A stretch of 64,000 nucleotides of DNA, taken from contig NC_043006.1 of the NCBI RefSeq assembly GCF_006345805.1, positions 76,942,001 to 77,006,000 of the forward strand, in the 5' to 3' direction. Under the pieces are notes generated by a model. It did not search any database. It had not been told where the DNA came from and saw only the letters and a program-made list of their open reading frames with translations. Shown piece after piece: positions 51,991 to 64,000 of this stretch (position 1 is its first letter; each line of letters begins with the position of its first letter). The translations under genes were made by a program, and so were the position numbers. The DNA is from Octopus sinensis (Eukaryota).

Positions 51991-52692
51991 ATTATAAAAT
52001 TACCGGAAAATATTGGTTCAAGAAAGGGCTAGTCAAAACTGCGATGCGTCTTACAATTTCGTGCGCCTTATAAAACATGAACTACTGTAAAACACGACAG
52101 TGGTGGTCACAGTTGGAATGTTTTTGTATATGCCTGCTCGCATCTATAGAAACGGAGAGGCGTTAAACAACAACAAAAGCGGAAAACAATTTTTAACAGA
52201 TTTGGTTAGGCACTGCGTTGAAAACAGATTTAGAATTAAAAAAATAATCACAATATGGAGTAAAAGAAAAAAAAAATACGGAAAAGACAAACTCAGTAAA
52301 GTGTATCAGAGAAACATTTCGAGTATTCAGAATACGTCTACCTTTGTAATCCTGTCAGCGCTTCTGACAACACTAGATTGTAGTTACATTTAAGTTATAG
52401 CCCCACTTAAGTACTTTTCCTTCATCTTCCTATTTTTATCTCATTCAGACATTAATCCTTATAAGACGTCAACGAACAGGACTCTATAAATATTTGAAAT
52501 CAATTCATTTCAAGTCTCTTTTTATATTCTACAAATACGATAGGTTTTACTTAAGTATGGAAGAAAATGTTTTTGGAAAACCTGGATTGACTAAGAATAT
52601 CCATGCAATGCGTTGTCAGAAACTCCGCCGAGCGGTACGTTCAAATTCTAAAACCAGCAAGCAGTTAATTGAAATATTTGGAAAAAATGTAA

Positions 52693-53088
52693 GGGATCTT
52701 TTCGGTTTGAACGGCAGTTTTTTCTAGCGGTGTCATATGAAATTGTCACCCATAATTATGACTCTTGTATCGATCTATTGCATTTCAATCTGTTTTAGGG
52801 TTAGGGTTAAGGTTAGGGGTGGGGGGAAGGGTATCTTTTTTTCTTCACAAATGTAAATAAACCCAATCTGTTTCTTAAACGAGGGACATATTCATACGGC
52901 ACAGAATGTTTTTACCTCAATAGACGTCAGTGATTGGTTGAAATTGCAGAAATTGAAGAAAAACAACAACAAATAGAATTTTCTCAATACAGCCTTTTAT
53001 AAACACATTCTACCAGTATACGAAGTTTAACATTTTTTTGTTACATAGAAATTATGTTAAAAACTGCCGTTCAAACCGAAAAGATCCG
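52693..53088. mobile_element. PIF/Harbinger-type MITE with internal TTAGGG repeats
   Basis: Perfect 29-bp TIR GGATCTTTTCGGTTTGAACGGCAGTTTTT. TAA on both flanks (52690-52692 and 53089-53091). ttagggttagggttaaggttaggg at ~52795-52818. Confidence 0.8.
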
Positions 53089-53445
53089 TAACACGCATTA
53101 TGTGAGTGGATTTGTCCTTTAAACCAATTGGAGAAACTAAGGATCATGTATTGCTTTTATTAGGTTTTTTTTCCGTGAAGTATAAGTCTCTCATTTGTTG
53201 GTAAGTCGAAGGGTGATCAATATATTCAGAAATAAATCGTGAATATCGCTGAGTTGGCTGAGGAAATAGAGTTCAAGAGAGCATTCAGCAGTAAATAGAA
53301 ATAAATAAGTTACAGTATTAAATATGTAATACAAATAGGAGATTTGGTTGCTATGTGTAGTTCCTATTCAAACGACTACATAGAATTCACGTTGGTACAT
53401 GCAATAAGCATATGCTGCATACAATAAATTAAGGAATATTCTGTC

Positions 53446-53504
<59 letters not shown>

Positions 53505-53544
53505 CACACACAATCATATATATATATATTCAACATGTGATCTC

Positions 53545-53741
53545 TTGAGCACCACCAGCAAAAAAATTTTTTTCCTCTGTCTTCCCTTCTCGGGATCTTT
53601 CCTTCTCCTTTGTTTCCGACGAAGAGCTCCGCTCGAAACGTTAAACCCTCCTTCCCTTCTTTCCTGAGCGTCAAATAATACTTTAATTGTTCCACGTACT
53701 CGCGTTGCTGTGTTTTTTTTTCTGTGTTTTCTTGTTTGGAT

Positions 53742-53746
<5 letters not shown>
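53545..53746 (+). mobile_element. Second copy of the PLE-like HHR element; HHR motif at 53612-53646 with a U4C core variant
   Basis: GUUU-CCGACGA-A-GAGC(UCC)GCUC-GAA-ACGU-U/AAAC. Ends ggattaac(TA)n exactly as at 13375. Confidence 0.7.
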
Positions 53747-53826
<80 letters not shown>

Positions 53827-54080
53827 CAAAAGATATAGACCTCAATGTCGCTCAAGATAGCGGACAATATTCATTGAATGATACGGTTATATAGACTCAT
53901 AAACAGGATAATCGTTACACTTCTTCCGCTGTCGCAATTCAATTACAAACACGCAAAAACTTTCGCCTTCGTAACTGACTTGTGGCAGCTGAAGTAAGGC
54001 AGAGATCATCGTAACCTTGACATAGAAACTTGAAACAGCCCTATGCATGAGTCTTTATAACTTTATCAGTCAATGTATGT

Positions 54081-54165
<85 letters not shown>

Positions 54166-54375
54166 TCTGGTCTCACTATAAGTTTAGGTTCACGTAGGAT
54201 TTTCTGAAGCATAACATGAGTACTGAACTGAGTAGTTATATTGTTCTTCTTCCACATCTCCCTTCTCAAAATACCAATGGTAGTAATAGAAAGGTCCTTA
54301 TTAAAGCTAAAAATTAGTTTCTCTTCGACCTATGTGTATTATTAATAAACTTGGTTTTCCTGACTTCATTAATAA

Positions 54376-55698
54376 CACTAGTCATCAAATTAGAACTTTT
54401 ATTTTCTTGCTATAAAATTTTAGAGCTCTTTTAGACTAGTTTTTGGGTGCTTCTTCCAAAATTGACATCAGATTTGCTCTATCACATCACATTTTTGTGT
54501 CATCGATATATACATTTATTTACCTGGAGCATACCAAAAGTTAACTTTACACCACTATATACGGGAATTTTGGCTGGATTGTCTTGCTAATTTTGAATAT
54601 GTTCAAGCTGAGTTTTGCTTTAAAACCCTTCCTCTTCTTTTCAGGTGTGAACTGAATCTGTGATCTAGTTATGGATACAACATGAAAGGGAACATGCTGT
54701 AATGACCCCGATATTTTCTGTTACATTTGGGGAAACTTCATTCCACATGCTCAAAGGCACAACATTAATAACTTTTTCAAGAAGGTGTATCTTGCTTAGT
54801 AGCACTAGGAGACCAGAACAAAACCTGCGTTGAAACTTGGTATGATGAAGCAATTCATCAGAGCTCTTGATTACAGTGGAGACTGCTTCGCTACAGCTTT
54901 TCCAAATCTCAGTAACGAGGAGAATGCAGGAATATTTGATGGGCATCAAATAAGAACACTCCCCAGGGATCCACATTTTGTTACAACAATGAGTGCAGCG
55001 GAGGCTAGAACTTAGAATGTCTTCTCTGATGTAGTGCGGAATTTACTTGGAAATAGGAAAGCTGACAACTGTCAAGAAATTGAGGAGGAGATGTTCTTGA
55101 GTTTTCAAGCACTTGGATCAAAAATGAGCATTAAATCGCACTACTTATACAGTCACTTGAGTGACTCTCCAGAGAACCTGGGTGACCTTAGCGAAGAACA
55201 AGGCGAACGCTTTCGTCAAGACGTAAAAGTAATGGAAGAACGCTACCAAAGCTGATGTGACTCAAACATGATGGCATATTACTGCTGGATGAGAGACATT
55301 CCAGGAGCTGTGCACAAGAGCTCGTCAAAAAATAAAAAAAGGAAGTTGTTACAGTAATAAGATGATCAGAAGGAATGACTAAAATGAATAGATATTTTGT
55401 ATTCAAATTTTGTTATCACCAAGCTTATTTCTTACATGCTAATGTGCATTCCGTCCCTCAAATTTGTGTTTTGATTTATTAGATTATAAAAATACATTGT
55501 CTATTAAAAATTGCATCTACGTTTGTTTAATTTTTCCTTTATGATCATTAAATAACTGTTTCTAGTAAAATTAAAAGATTTTATATTTCAAAAATCTGAT
55601 GTGATAGACAAAATCTGATGCTAGACTTGGATTCCGCGCCCCAAAATTAGCTAAAAACCATTGATAAACTTATGCTAGAAAATTTGTGTTGAGCAGTG
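54376..55698 (+). mobile_element. Internally deleted Chapaev3-like (CMC) DNA transposon
   Basis: TAA|CACT...CAGTG|TAA termini. Shared subterminal catcagattt..tctatcacatca on both ends. Fragments CCNDPDIFCYIWG...LGDQNK are fused to KLGMMKQFIRALD...GIFDGHQIR and LGN.K...MSIK.H.L.SHL...PENLGDLSEEQGERFRQDVKVMEERYQ. Superfamily assignment is from recalled CAC/GTG + TWA hallmarks. Confidence 0.75.
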
Positions 55699-56598
55699 TA
55701 ATGAAGGCCATATATTTGACTATAGTTCCCCCCCCCATTACTACGTTAGCTGTAATGTTTGTATATTATACTGCCATATCTTCACTAAATTCTTTATGAC
55801 GGCTCTATACTAGCAGGCAAAATTCCTTCAGACAACTCTTCAATATCTTTCATTAAATAAATAATATAAAACCAGGAAAGGTTATCTTCTAAAATATAGC
55901 TGGAATGGTCATGGAATTTTTTTTTTATTAAAGGTCTATCTAATCACCGTTGACACGGGACTATGCAGTAATACCAATGCCAGCATGAAGTATTTATTTG
56001 CATTCACATTTCTTACAAATCTCAGTGTAAGAAAGGACACATTGAATAATGGTTTTTAGACGCACAATGCCTGAAAAAAGCCAGATGGTAGTGGTTGGAA
56101 TATCCTTGGTTAATATATTCAGCAAATTATGAGATTAGTAAGAGCAATCAATAAGATGCTTTTCCGTTGTGCGTTGTGGCACTTATCGCTCCAATTTCGA
56201 ACCTTGTAAATAATAAACATTAACATTGGCGTTTATCCATTTGGAATTATTGAATAAAAGATATCGGTATCCGTCAATTTCACGAGCAGCGAAACACATT
56301 TGGTCGAACATTTGAATATTCACCTCTGAGACCGATGGAGAATTCGGAACAGCGGTTCTTTGTACTTCTCATATAGATTATTAGTATTATTTAGTAGATA
56401 ATCTTTTAATATGAAGTATGATTTTCTGTGTTTTATTTAGCCCAGAGTTGCCTCTGATATAGCAGAACCATCGCATAGTTTTTTGTTCTTCCTAAAATAC
56501 TGTAAACCTGTGTCTTTCTTTTGATGAAAGGATGTATTTTAAGAGATTTCGCTGCTATTTGTAGCATCTCAAGTTACCTCAGTTACTTTGTGTATGTG

Positions 56599-56670
<72 letters not shown>

Positions 56671-57354
56671 TGTGTGTGTGTTTTGTTGTGAAAAATACTT
56701 TTTCTCACAATATTTCTCACAATAATTTTTAAAGAAATCTGGACATCTGTCTTACTGCTAACCATCCAACTTCAAATCACAATTCTTAACCGTTGGAAGT
56801 CAAGTAGAGTAAGATGTACATACAGTGTCATCGTATACAGTAGAAGTTGAATACGAAGTCTTGAACTCATCATTTTGTAGTCTGTAATCCATTTCCTTAA
56901 ATTTGAAACCATTAAGTCTTTAAACATTATTTTACTGGGTTCAGGCTTTCGAATGCCCACGTGATGGGGTACCACTTTGAAAAATTTTATTGATCATTCT
57001 CACCTCAGAAGGTATTTCAATCTGGCATTTATTTTATAGATCTCTGCTAGCTTTCAGATATATTGGGATACAATACTCGATTTAACAACGAACAAACGCA
57101 CAAACGCACACACACAGACACACACATTAAATGCAAGAATGACTGTGTAGTTGAGAAGTTTGCTTCTACTATCGCCCTAGGCCAACCAGAGATTGTGACT
57201 GAGACTGAATGCGGTAGACGGAAGCTGCAGCGTTGTTTATCGGAAAAATGACCGAAAAACATGCTTATAAAGAAGAATTGTTTGCTTTATACTCCTCGTG
57301 TGCCAATTCTGCCCATAAGAAAGGAACAAATAATACAATGTGGATCTAGGTCAT

Positions 57355-57388
57355 AACACCAGGGCAACGCCGGGGTGCATTGCAAGTG
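57355..57388 (+). mobile_element. Helitron-like 3' terminus
   Basis: accagggcaacgccggggtgcattgcaag|t resembles the 24162 terminus (cccgagcaacgccggg...ctag|t) with CTAG decayed. Confidence 0.45.
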
Positions 57389-58784
57389 TGTATATATATA
57401 TATAAACACACACACATACACACATATATGTATGCATGTGTATATATGTATGTAATATGCATGTATATATTTATATGTATATATATATATATATGTATGT
57501 ATGTATATATGTATATATATCTGTTTATACATATATATGTTCATATACATACATATATATGTTTATATTTATATATATACACATACACACAAGTATGCGT
57601 GTGTGTTTATATAAATAAGGGTGGTGAGCATATGTATACAGAGGGAGAGAGAGAGAGAGAGAAAAGGAGAGAGAAAAAGGGAGAGGTACAAAGATTTGTT
57701 TCAGAAATTTTCTCTTGCTTTTGTTTGTTTTACATCGTTGAATTTGCAACCTCAGTGTATTTCAGGATCAGAAGTGAAGTTGCGTTCGATAATGCTAACT
57801 TTTTACAACCTATACTTATGAAATATATTAAGCAGACTAACTTCCTGTGTTGCTTAATCTCTTGTTTCAAGTGTAACCGAAAAGAATAATGATAAAAGTT
57901 AGACATTTTATCTGGCCACTTTTCCAATGGCAACTTGGTTTTGACTCTATTGTTTTAATTATTTTACTGTCTAAAGTGTCTGTTTCAATTCACTTGATAA
58001 TGGCGTAGAAATATGTATGACATAACGGCTTGCTACACATCTATCTTTCAAAATAAACATAACTTTTCTACTTCCCAACGGAATGGCTGATATTGGTAGT
58101 AGGTATATTGGTTTTGATATTATATTTCCTTTTTGTATGTGTGTTTCTTTCTTTTATGTTTTGTTGTGCTGTCTTTTATCCATTTTGTTTTTCATGTTAG
58201 CATAGGTGTTATATATTTTATAAATTTCGACGATTGCATTTCGTTGGAGCCAGTAATTTTACACAAAGTTGTATTCTCTATCATCACCAGCAAATACTGG
58301 TCTAATAGCAGCACTTACCATTAATCCCTTCACGTAGACACATATTGGCACTACAAAACTAGAAAAGTATTATGCATCGTTTTAGTAATTTAACACAATA
58401 GGTATAGCAAACTTTCGGATCCTAAGTATGTAATGGGTAAGAATGCAACGCAATTCCAAAGTTAAAAGTCAGTTACTCCTTAAAATGAAGAAAATAAGAG
58501 GGGAGCCTAAATGCTTCTAAGAGGCATGCAAAACTTCGTTTGGAAAATTCTTACACTGGAATATATTTTGCAGTTTTAATTTCATTTCTATGACTGTTTT
58601 CATCTAATTGAGTATTTAGAATAATCGTCCCCCTCTTTCTTTTTCTCTCTCTCTTTCTCTTTCTCTCTCTTTCTCGCTCGCTTTCTTCACATCTTTATGT
58701 TCCGCTTTCGTTTTAAGCCATCGGCGATCATGGACTCCCATACAAGAACTGGAAAAATTGTATTCTTGATAAAGTTACCACAGC

Positions 58785-59170
58785 GCCTGAGTGGCTGTGT
58801 GGTAAGTAGCTCGCTTACCAACCACATGGTTCTGGGCTCAATCCCACTTCGTGGCACCTTGGGCTAGTGTCTTCTACTATAGCTTCGGACCGACCAAAGC
58901 CTTGTGAGTGGATTTGGTAGACGGAAACTGACAGAAGCCCGTCGTATATATGTAAATGTATGTATATGTTTGTGTGTCCATGTTTGTCCCTCCAGCATCA
59001 CTTGACAACCGATGCTGGTGTGTTTACGTCCCCGTAACTTAGTGGTTCGGCGAAAGAGACCGATAAAATAAGTACTAGGCTTACAAAGAATAAGTCCTGG
59101 GGTCTATTTGCTCGACTAAATGCGATGCTCCAGCATGGCCGCAGTCAAACTGAAATGAATATAAAAATAA
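58785..59170 (+). mobile_element. SINE family B, full length
   Basis: Colinear with 14711-15108. Confidence 0.88.
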
Positions 59171-60302
59171 AAGAAGAGCCATTACCAGTTTTCATATAAC
59201 CAATTTATTCGCAGTTTATTCTTGCTCTACCTAGGTTACCATTAAATCAAAGGACCTAATAATCTCTTATGGAGGGTGATCGGTTTTCGTGTCTTCAGGA
59301 CACATTTCTAGGAGGCACACCAGTCCGAGCTATGTACATTTTAGTCACAGGATCTGTGATTTTTACCAATATCTCGCACCATCAACAGTTACTACTACCC
59401 TGGGCCAGAGTAAATCTGATAGTTTTGGTGATTAAGCATTAACTCCATACCCCACCCCCTAAATCCCTGCGCTTCCAACATGGAGTATCTTTTCTGCATA
59501 GAAATTGAAGTTATTACATTTATTTTCAAAACGTGGATATCTGAAGAAATTCTCGAGACAAAAGTTTAAGTTGCGATTGTAGTGTATATTCAGAATCTCA
59601 ACCATCCCTCCCACTCGATTAGAGTTTGAAAAATAATTATATTTCATATAATAAATTTAGCAGTATAAGTTTCTTTTTGTTTTTGTATTTTGGAAGACGT
59701 TTTTGTCAGATGGCAATGAACTTCAGAGTGGCATTCCAACAGGAAAGAAATTCACCCACTGCATTCAACCTCTGCTCAAACTCTGGAAGAATGAAGCGCT
59801 AAAATTCTTTCCAAAGTAAGATAAAAAGTGGTATGTTGGACAAAGTGCCCAACAGCTGAATGCCTGGAGTGGATCTGAACTTACTTCGAATTAGTAAATG
59901 AAATATTTATTCAATCTTTTTGGTTCTACAATACAAGATCTGTCTAGTTTTTGTTAATGTTTTTCTTATCAGCTCATCAAATGAAGTTCCTGGCGTAGTC
60001 TCGATTATCTTTTCAAACATTTTGATTTATTTACACTTGTAATGATTTTTTGAACAAGGCAGAAAAATTACAATTTCCAATATACTCTCTGCTTAAATAT
60101 ATCTTGGAATTCTTGAGTTCCTCATAAGGACTAAACTTTGCTCTCTCTTTCATTCTCTCACTCTTTCTTTTTCTCTTTCATATAATTCCCAAATCAATAT
60201 ATTCAGAATCTTCGTTTACCGTTGTCAGATAAGAAGATAATCTTATTGGATTCAGCAGGTATATCTACCAGTGTAATTAACATGTTGCATCCACTCCTAT
60301 GT

Positions 60303-60533
60303 ATTTCTTTACTACCCACAAGGGGCTAAACACATAGGGGACAAACAAGGACAGACAATCGGATTAAGTCGATTACATCGACCCCAGTGCGTAACTGGTA
60401 CTTAATTTATCGACCCCGAAAGGATGAAAGGCAAAGTCGACCTCGGCGGAATTTGAACTCGGAACGTAGCGTCAGACGAAATACAGCTACGCATTTCGCC
60501 TGGCGTGCTAACGTTTCTGCCAGCTCGCCGCCT
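60303..60533 (-). mobile_element. SINE family A, long-tail, full length
   Basis: Diagnostic head, body and tail. ORF 60387..60851 is a read-through. Confidence 0.92.
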
Positions 60534-61063
60534 TGTTGCATCCATTCATATAGCAAACTGAATATATTAAGGTGTGAATTGCTCAGTGGTTGGAGTGTCG
60601 GAGATCACAGTCACGAGGTAGTGAGAGTTCGATTCTCGGACTGGACTGTGTGTTGTGTTCTTGAGCAAGAGACTTTATTTCACTCGACTGTAGAAATGTG
60701 TTGCAATACCACGGTGCCAATCTGGCGTGGAGAGAAGAGGTCGTTATGCATGGGTGACTACCGGTCTTTCGTAAACCCCTGCCAGGACTTCTGCCTTGGA
60801 GGTGGGGGAAAGTTTCTAGGTTCAATCGCATGGCCTTTCATGAGTTTCTAGGTGCTATCTCATGGTCATTTTTTTACACATTTCTCTTTGAAAACTGGCC
60901 AGTCGATTGCGTAAGCGGAATTCGATATCTAGTTGACCTCAATTACTTTCATTTTGGCAGCCAAACTTGCTGGAAAATCAAGAGCCCCAAGTTATGAGTC
61001 AGATAGAAAAATTTGGTTCTGTTACAACATCATGTTTTCTTCTAACATCTTCCTGACTTTGTC

Positions 61064-61106
<43 letters not shown>

Positions 61107-61135
61107 GTGAAAAGGAACACACGAGTTGATATATA

Positions 61136-61413
61136 TGAAAAAACAAGTCAAGATAGAAAATGCTAAAATAATTTTATAAAGAACATTTCAGTACCGGTTT
61201 CGGTCATTTTGAGACCTTTTCAACTGTAACGCTTAAATAATTAGATTTAGAAAAATTAAAAGAAAAGTTTTTTGAAAGGAATATTTCTTTTAATTTTTCT
61301 AAATTTAATTATTTAATCGTCACAGTTGAAAAGGTCTCAAAATGACCGAAACCGGTACTGAAATGTTCTTTATAAAATTATTTTAGCATTTTCTATCTTG
61401 ACTTGTTTTTTCA
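61136..61413. repeat. Foldback element: perfect 92-bp outer inverted arms (61136-61227/61322-61413) plus ~38-bp imperfect inner arms, within (TA)n
   Basis: Arms verified base by base. Each arm carries a hammerhead-like motif (61323-61360 on +, 61189-61226 on -). Confidence 0.95.
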
Positions 61414-62414
61414 TATATATATATATATATATATATATGCATGTATATATGCATAATTCACTAAAAACATTTTGTCCTGAACATGCACTGCTGAAATTGG
61501 GATACGTCTAACACACCCGTGCATATTTTGTGACCTAAATTACAAGATACACGTAAAGAGATAGGTAGATATACATACATACATACATACATACATACAT
61601 ACACACGCACATGCATATAGATGTCTCACTGTAATGCATTGCAACAAAAACAGAGAACTAGTTTTCTATAGAGATTATTTCGCGGAGAAGTTTTTAACAT
61701 TCATATTACCAATATTAAAAAGAAAATAAAAGTCTTTAGAAATACATAAACATCGCTCAGTCTCAAATTTACACTTATTTACGAAAACAGGCTATTGCGA
61801 GTGATTGAGTAAGAAATCGATATATGTTTAAGCCTTTTCCTTCTGACTTTTTTTTCTGTATTTTCTAGAGAATCGGGGGGGGGGGGGAAAGAGGGAGAGA
61901 TTGAATGAAATAGAAAAAGATATATCGAGAGAGAAGGGGTGGGGAAGAAGAAAACCGTGACAGGGACGGATAGGTAGACAAGCAGAAGATTGGGGTGGAA
62001 TGAAATTAGACACTTGTAAGACGAACGTTATAAAAGAGCTTCTTAAAATAGCTAGATAACTCGCAAGAAAACAAAAAACGAGAAGGAAAAATAAGAAAAT
62101 AACAGTACAAAAATGAATATATATATAAAAGAAAGAAAGAAAATCTACGTACGCAACTTCACGGAATCATTTATTTCGCCATTGAAAAATAAGATGATAA
62201 TGTATTTTAAAAAATCTGATTAGATATCCAAACGTTATTACGAAGAAGAAAGAAAAGGAAAATAAAAAAGAAACGACGTAAAGAGAAACTGAGATGATGA
62301 GGAAGAGAAGTTATATAAATGGGAATGAAATAGGCATTAAGAAGTATTATGAACACAAACACACAGACACAGACACATATATAATTGTGTGCATATATAT
62401 ATATATATTATATA

Positions 62415-62445
<31 letters not shown>

Positions 62446-64000
62446 CATATATATATACATATACATATGCATATATATACATATACATATATATGTACAT
62501 ATACATGTATGTATGTATGTATGATGTATATACTTATGTGGTGTGCGTATGTGTGTGCGTGTAGATATGTTTATGTGAATCAATCAACGTATCTACACAC
62601 ACAAGTACTTACAAACATACACATACAAACACATTTTCTTTCCTATCCACCTACCGCTTTCTCCTTATTCTTGCTACCGTTTTCCCTATTTACCTTGTTA
62701 ACGCTTTCTCTGTCTAGCAATCTTTCCTTCGTTTTCTCTCTCTCTCTCTTTATTTGCCTGCCTTTCTTGTTTACATCCATCTGTCTTTCGGTCGTCATAT
62801 CCGTCAATCTATCCTTCCAACTTGGTTACTTCTTATCCATTTATACGGCTGTCTATGTTTCTATCTCGCCCTCTTTTCCTCCATCTGTATCCTTGTTTTG
62901 ATCACATTCACGACAAACTCTTCTCTGTCACCGTCTCTTTTCTCCTACTTCGTATTCTTCATGCTACTCAATCCATTCACCTGCTCAGTCCATGTTTAAC
63001 TGCTTCTGATTTGTTTGGTCTTCATATCCTTTTCTTCAAGGCCGAAAGGTAAAAAATACTTCAGTTTAGCTTATTTTAGAAGAGCTGCATAAAATCTTTT
63101 GACAAATCGAAAGAAATATTCTCTCTGTACTTGCATTTATAAGTTGTTTCATTTTGTATTCATTTCGCTCTCCTCAGATCTTGCATATATCTGCTGTTCG
63201 GGCCTTGTCTCCACGTTTTCTAGTCCTTCTTCGAGTATTACGTTGCTGAAGCCACGAAAATTAACAGTATTGTTGGATGGGGTCAAAATTGTAATGATAT
63301 TTGGTTGACAACTTCGCGTTTTTTTTTTCTCCCTCTAAATTTTTTTATCGTATATCTATTCCATTTCCACCCCTCTATAAGTACATTCACACATATACAC
63401 ACAGATATGTAGCTGTGACTGTGTGGTAAGAAGATTTACTTTCCAACGCAGCACAACTGCGTGGAAACTTGGGTACACATCTATTATAGACGTTGTTAGT
63501 AGACAGAAACTAAAAGAATACCGTCATATGTGCGTGCGCGCGTGTGTCTGTCTGTCCACTATCAGTGTTTTCCTGAGTTGAAATTCTAGTATGATGTTAG
63601 CTTAACCTCCAAAAAGTTAATTTAAACAAACAGAAACTTTATGCTTCTAGAAAGTCAAGCGTAAAAACCTCATACATAAACAACGTTTCTAACCACTCTA
63701 CATATGTAATAAAAAATAAATCTTGCTAAAATATAGAGGGGAGATTCTGATGTATCTTCCCAGAAAGACATCTGTAATAGGGATACTTTCTATAATGATG
63801 AGCATTACTTCCGCGCAAGCTAATTATTACAAAATTTTCCTTTTAATCTTTTGCTTCGATCTCCCTTACAGCTTATGATACGAAAACTGATGTTTCCTTG
63901 GAAATACACTGCATTTCGCTTGCAAAGGCTGCCAATAAAAACCTTTCTCAAATTAATCCGATTTCGACATAGATATTAGATTCCATCAAGACCACCATGA

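Overview
AT-rich, microsatellite-dense eukaryotic DNA, most likely intronic or intergenic sequence of an Octopus species. The organism is inferred from the SINE families and the (TA)n/(TATC)n/(CATA)n load, not proven. Nearly all ORF-track entries are microsatellite or SINE read-throughs. No host gene can be named; there are only a few candidate spliced exons, the best being a minus-strand chain at 17548-16102. The window is dominated by mobile DNA: dozens of tRNA-derived SINE copies from at least three families, a 5'-truncated Tx1/L1-clade LINE inside a (TATC)n array, three RTE-type LINE ends, a decayed FLYWCH-MULE transposon, an internally deleted Chapaev3-like transposon, mariner, hAT and PIF/Harbinger MITEs, non-autonomous Helitron/Helentron pieces, and several minimal type I hammerhead ribozyme (HHR) motifs of the Penelope-like-element (PLE) kind. 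Four observations stand out. (1) The commonest SINE shares its 3' tail with the Tx1 LINE and repeatedly abuts other SINE copies at two fixed positions, one case with a 19-bp target duplication. (2) A Pol III tRNA-headed element carries a complete hammerhead motif. (3) A 278-bp foldback element carries two outward-facing hammerheads with a compensatory U3:A8 core. (4) Two abutting long hairpins at 3868-3975 are unexplained. All alignments, folds and family calls were made by eye, with no database search.
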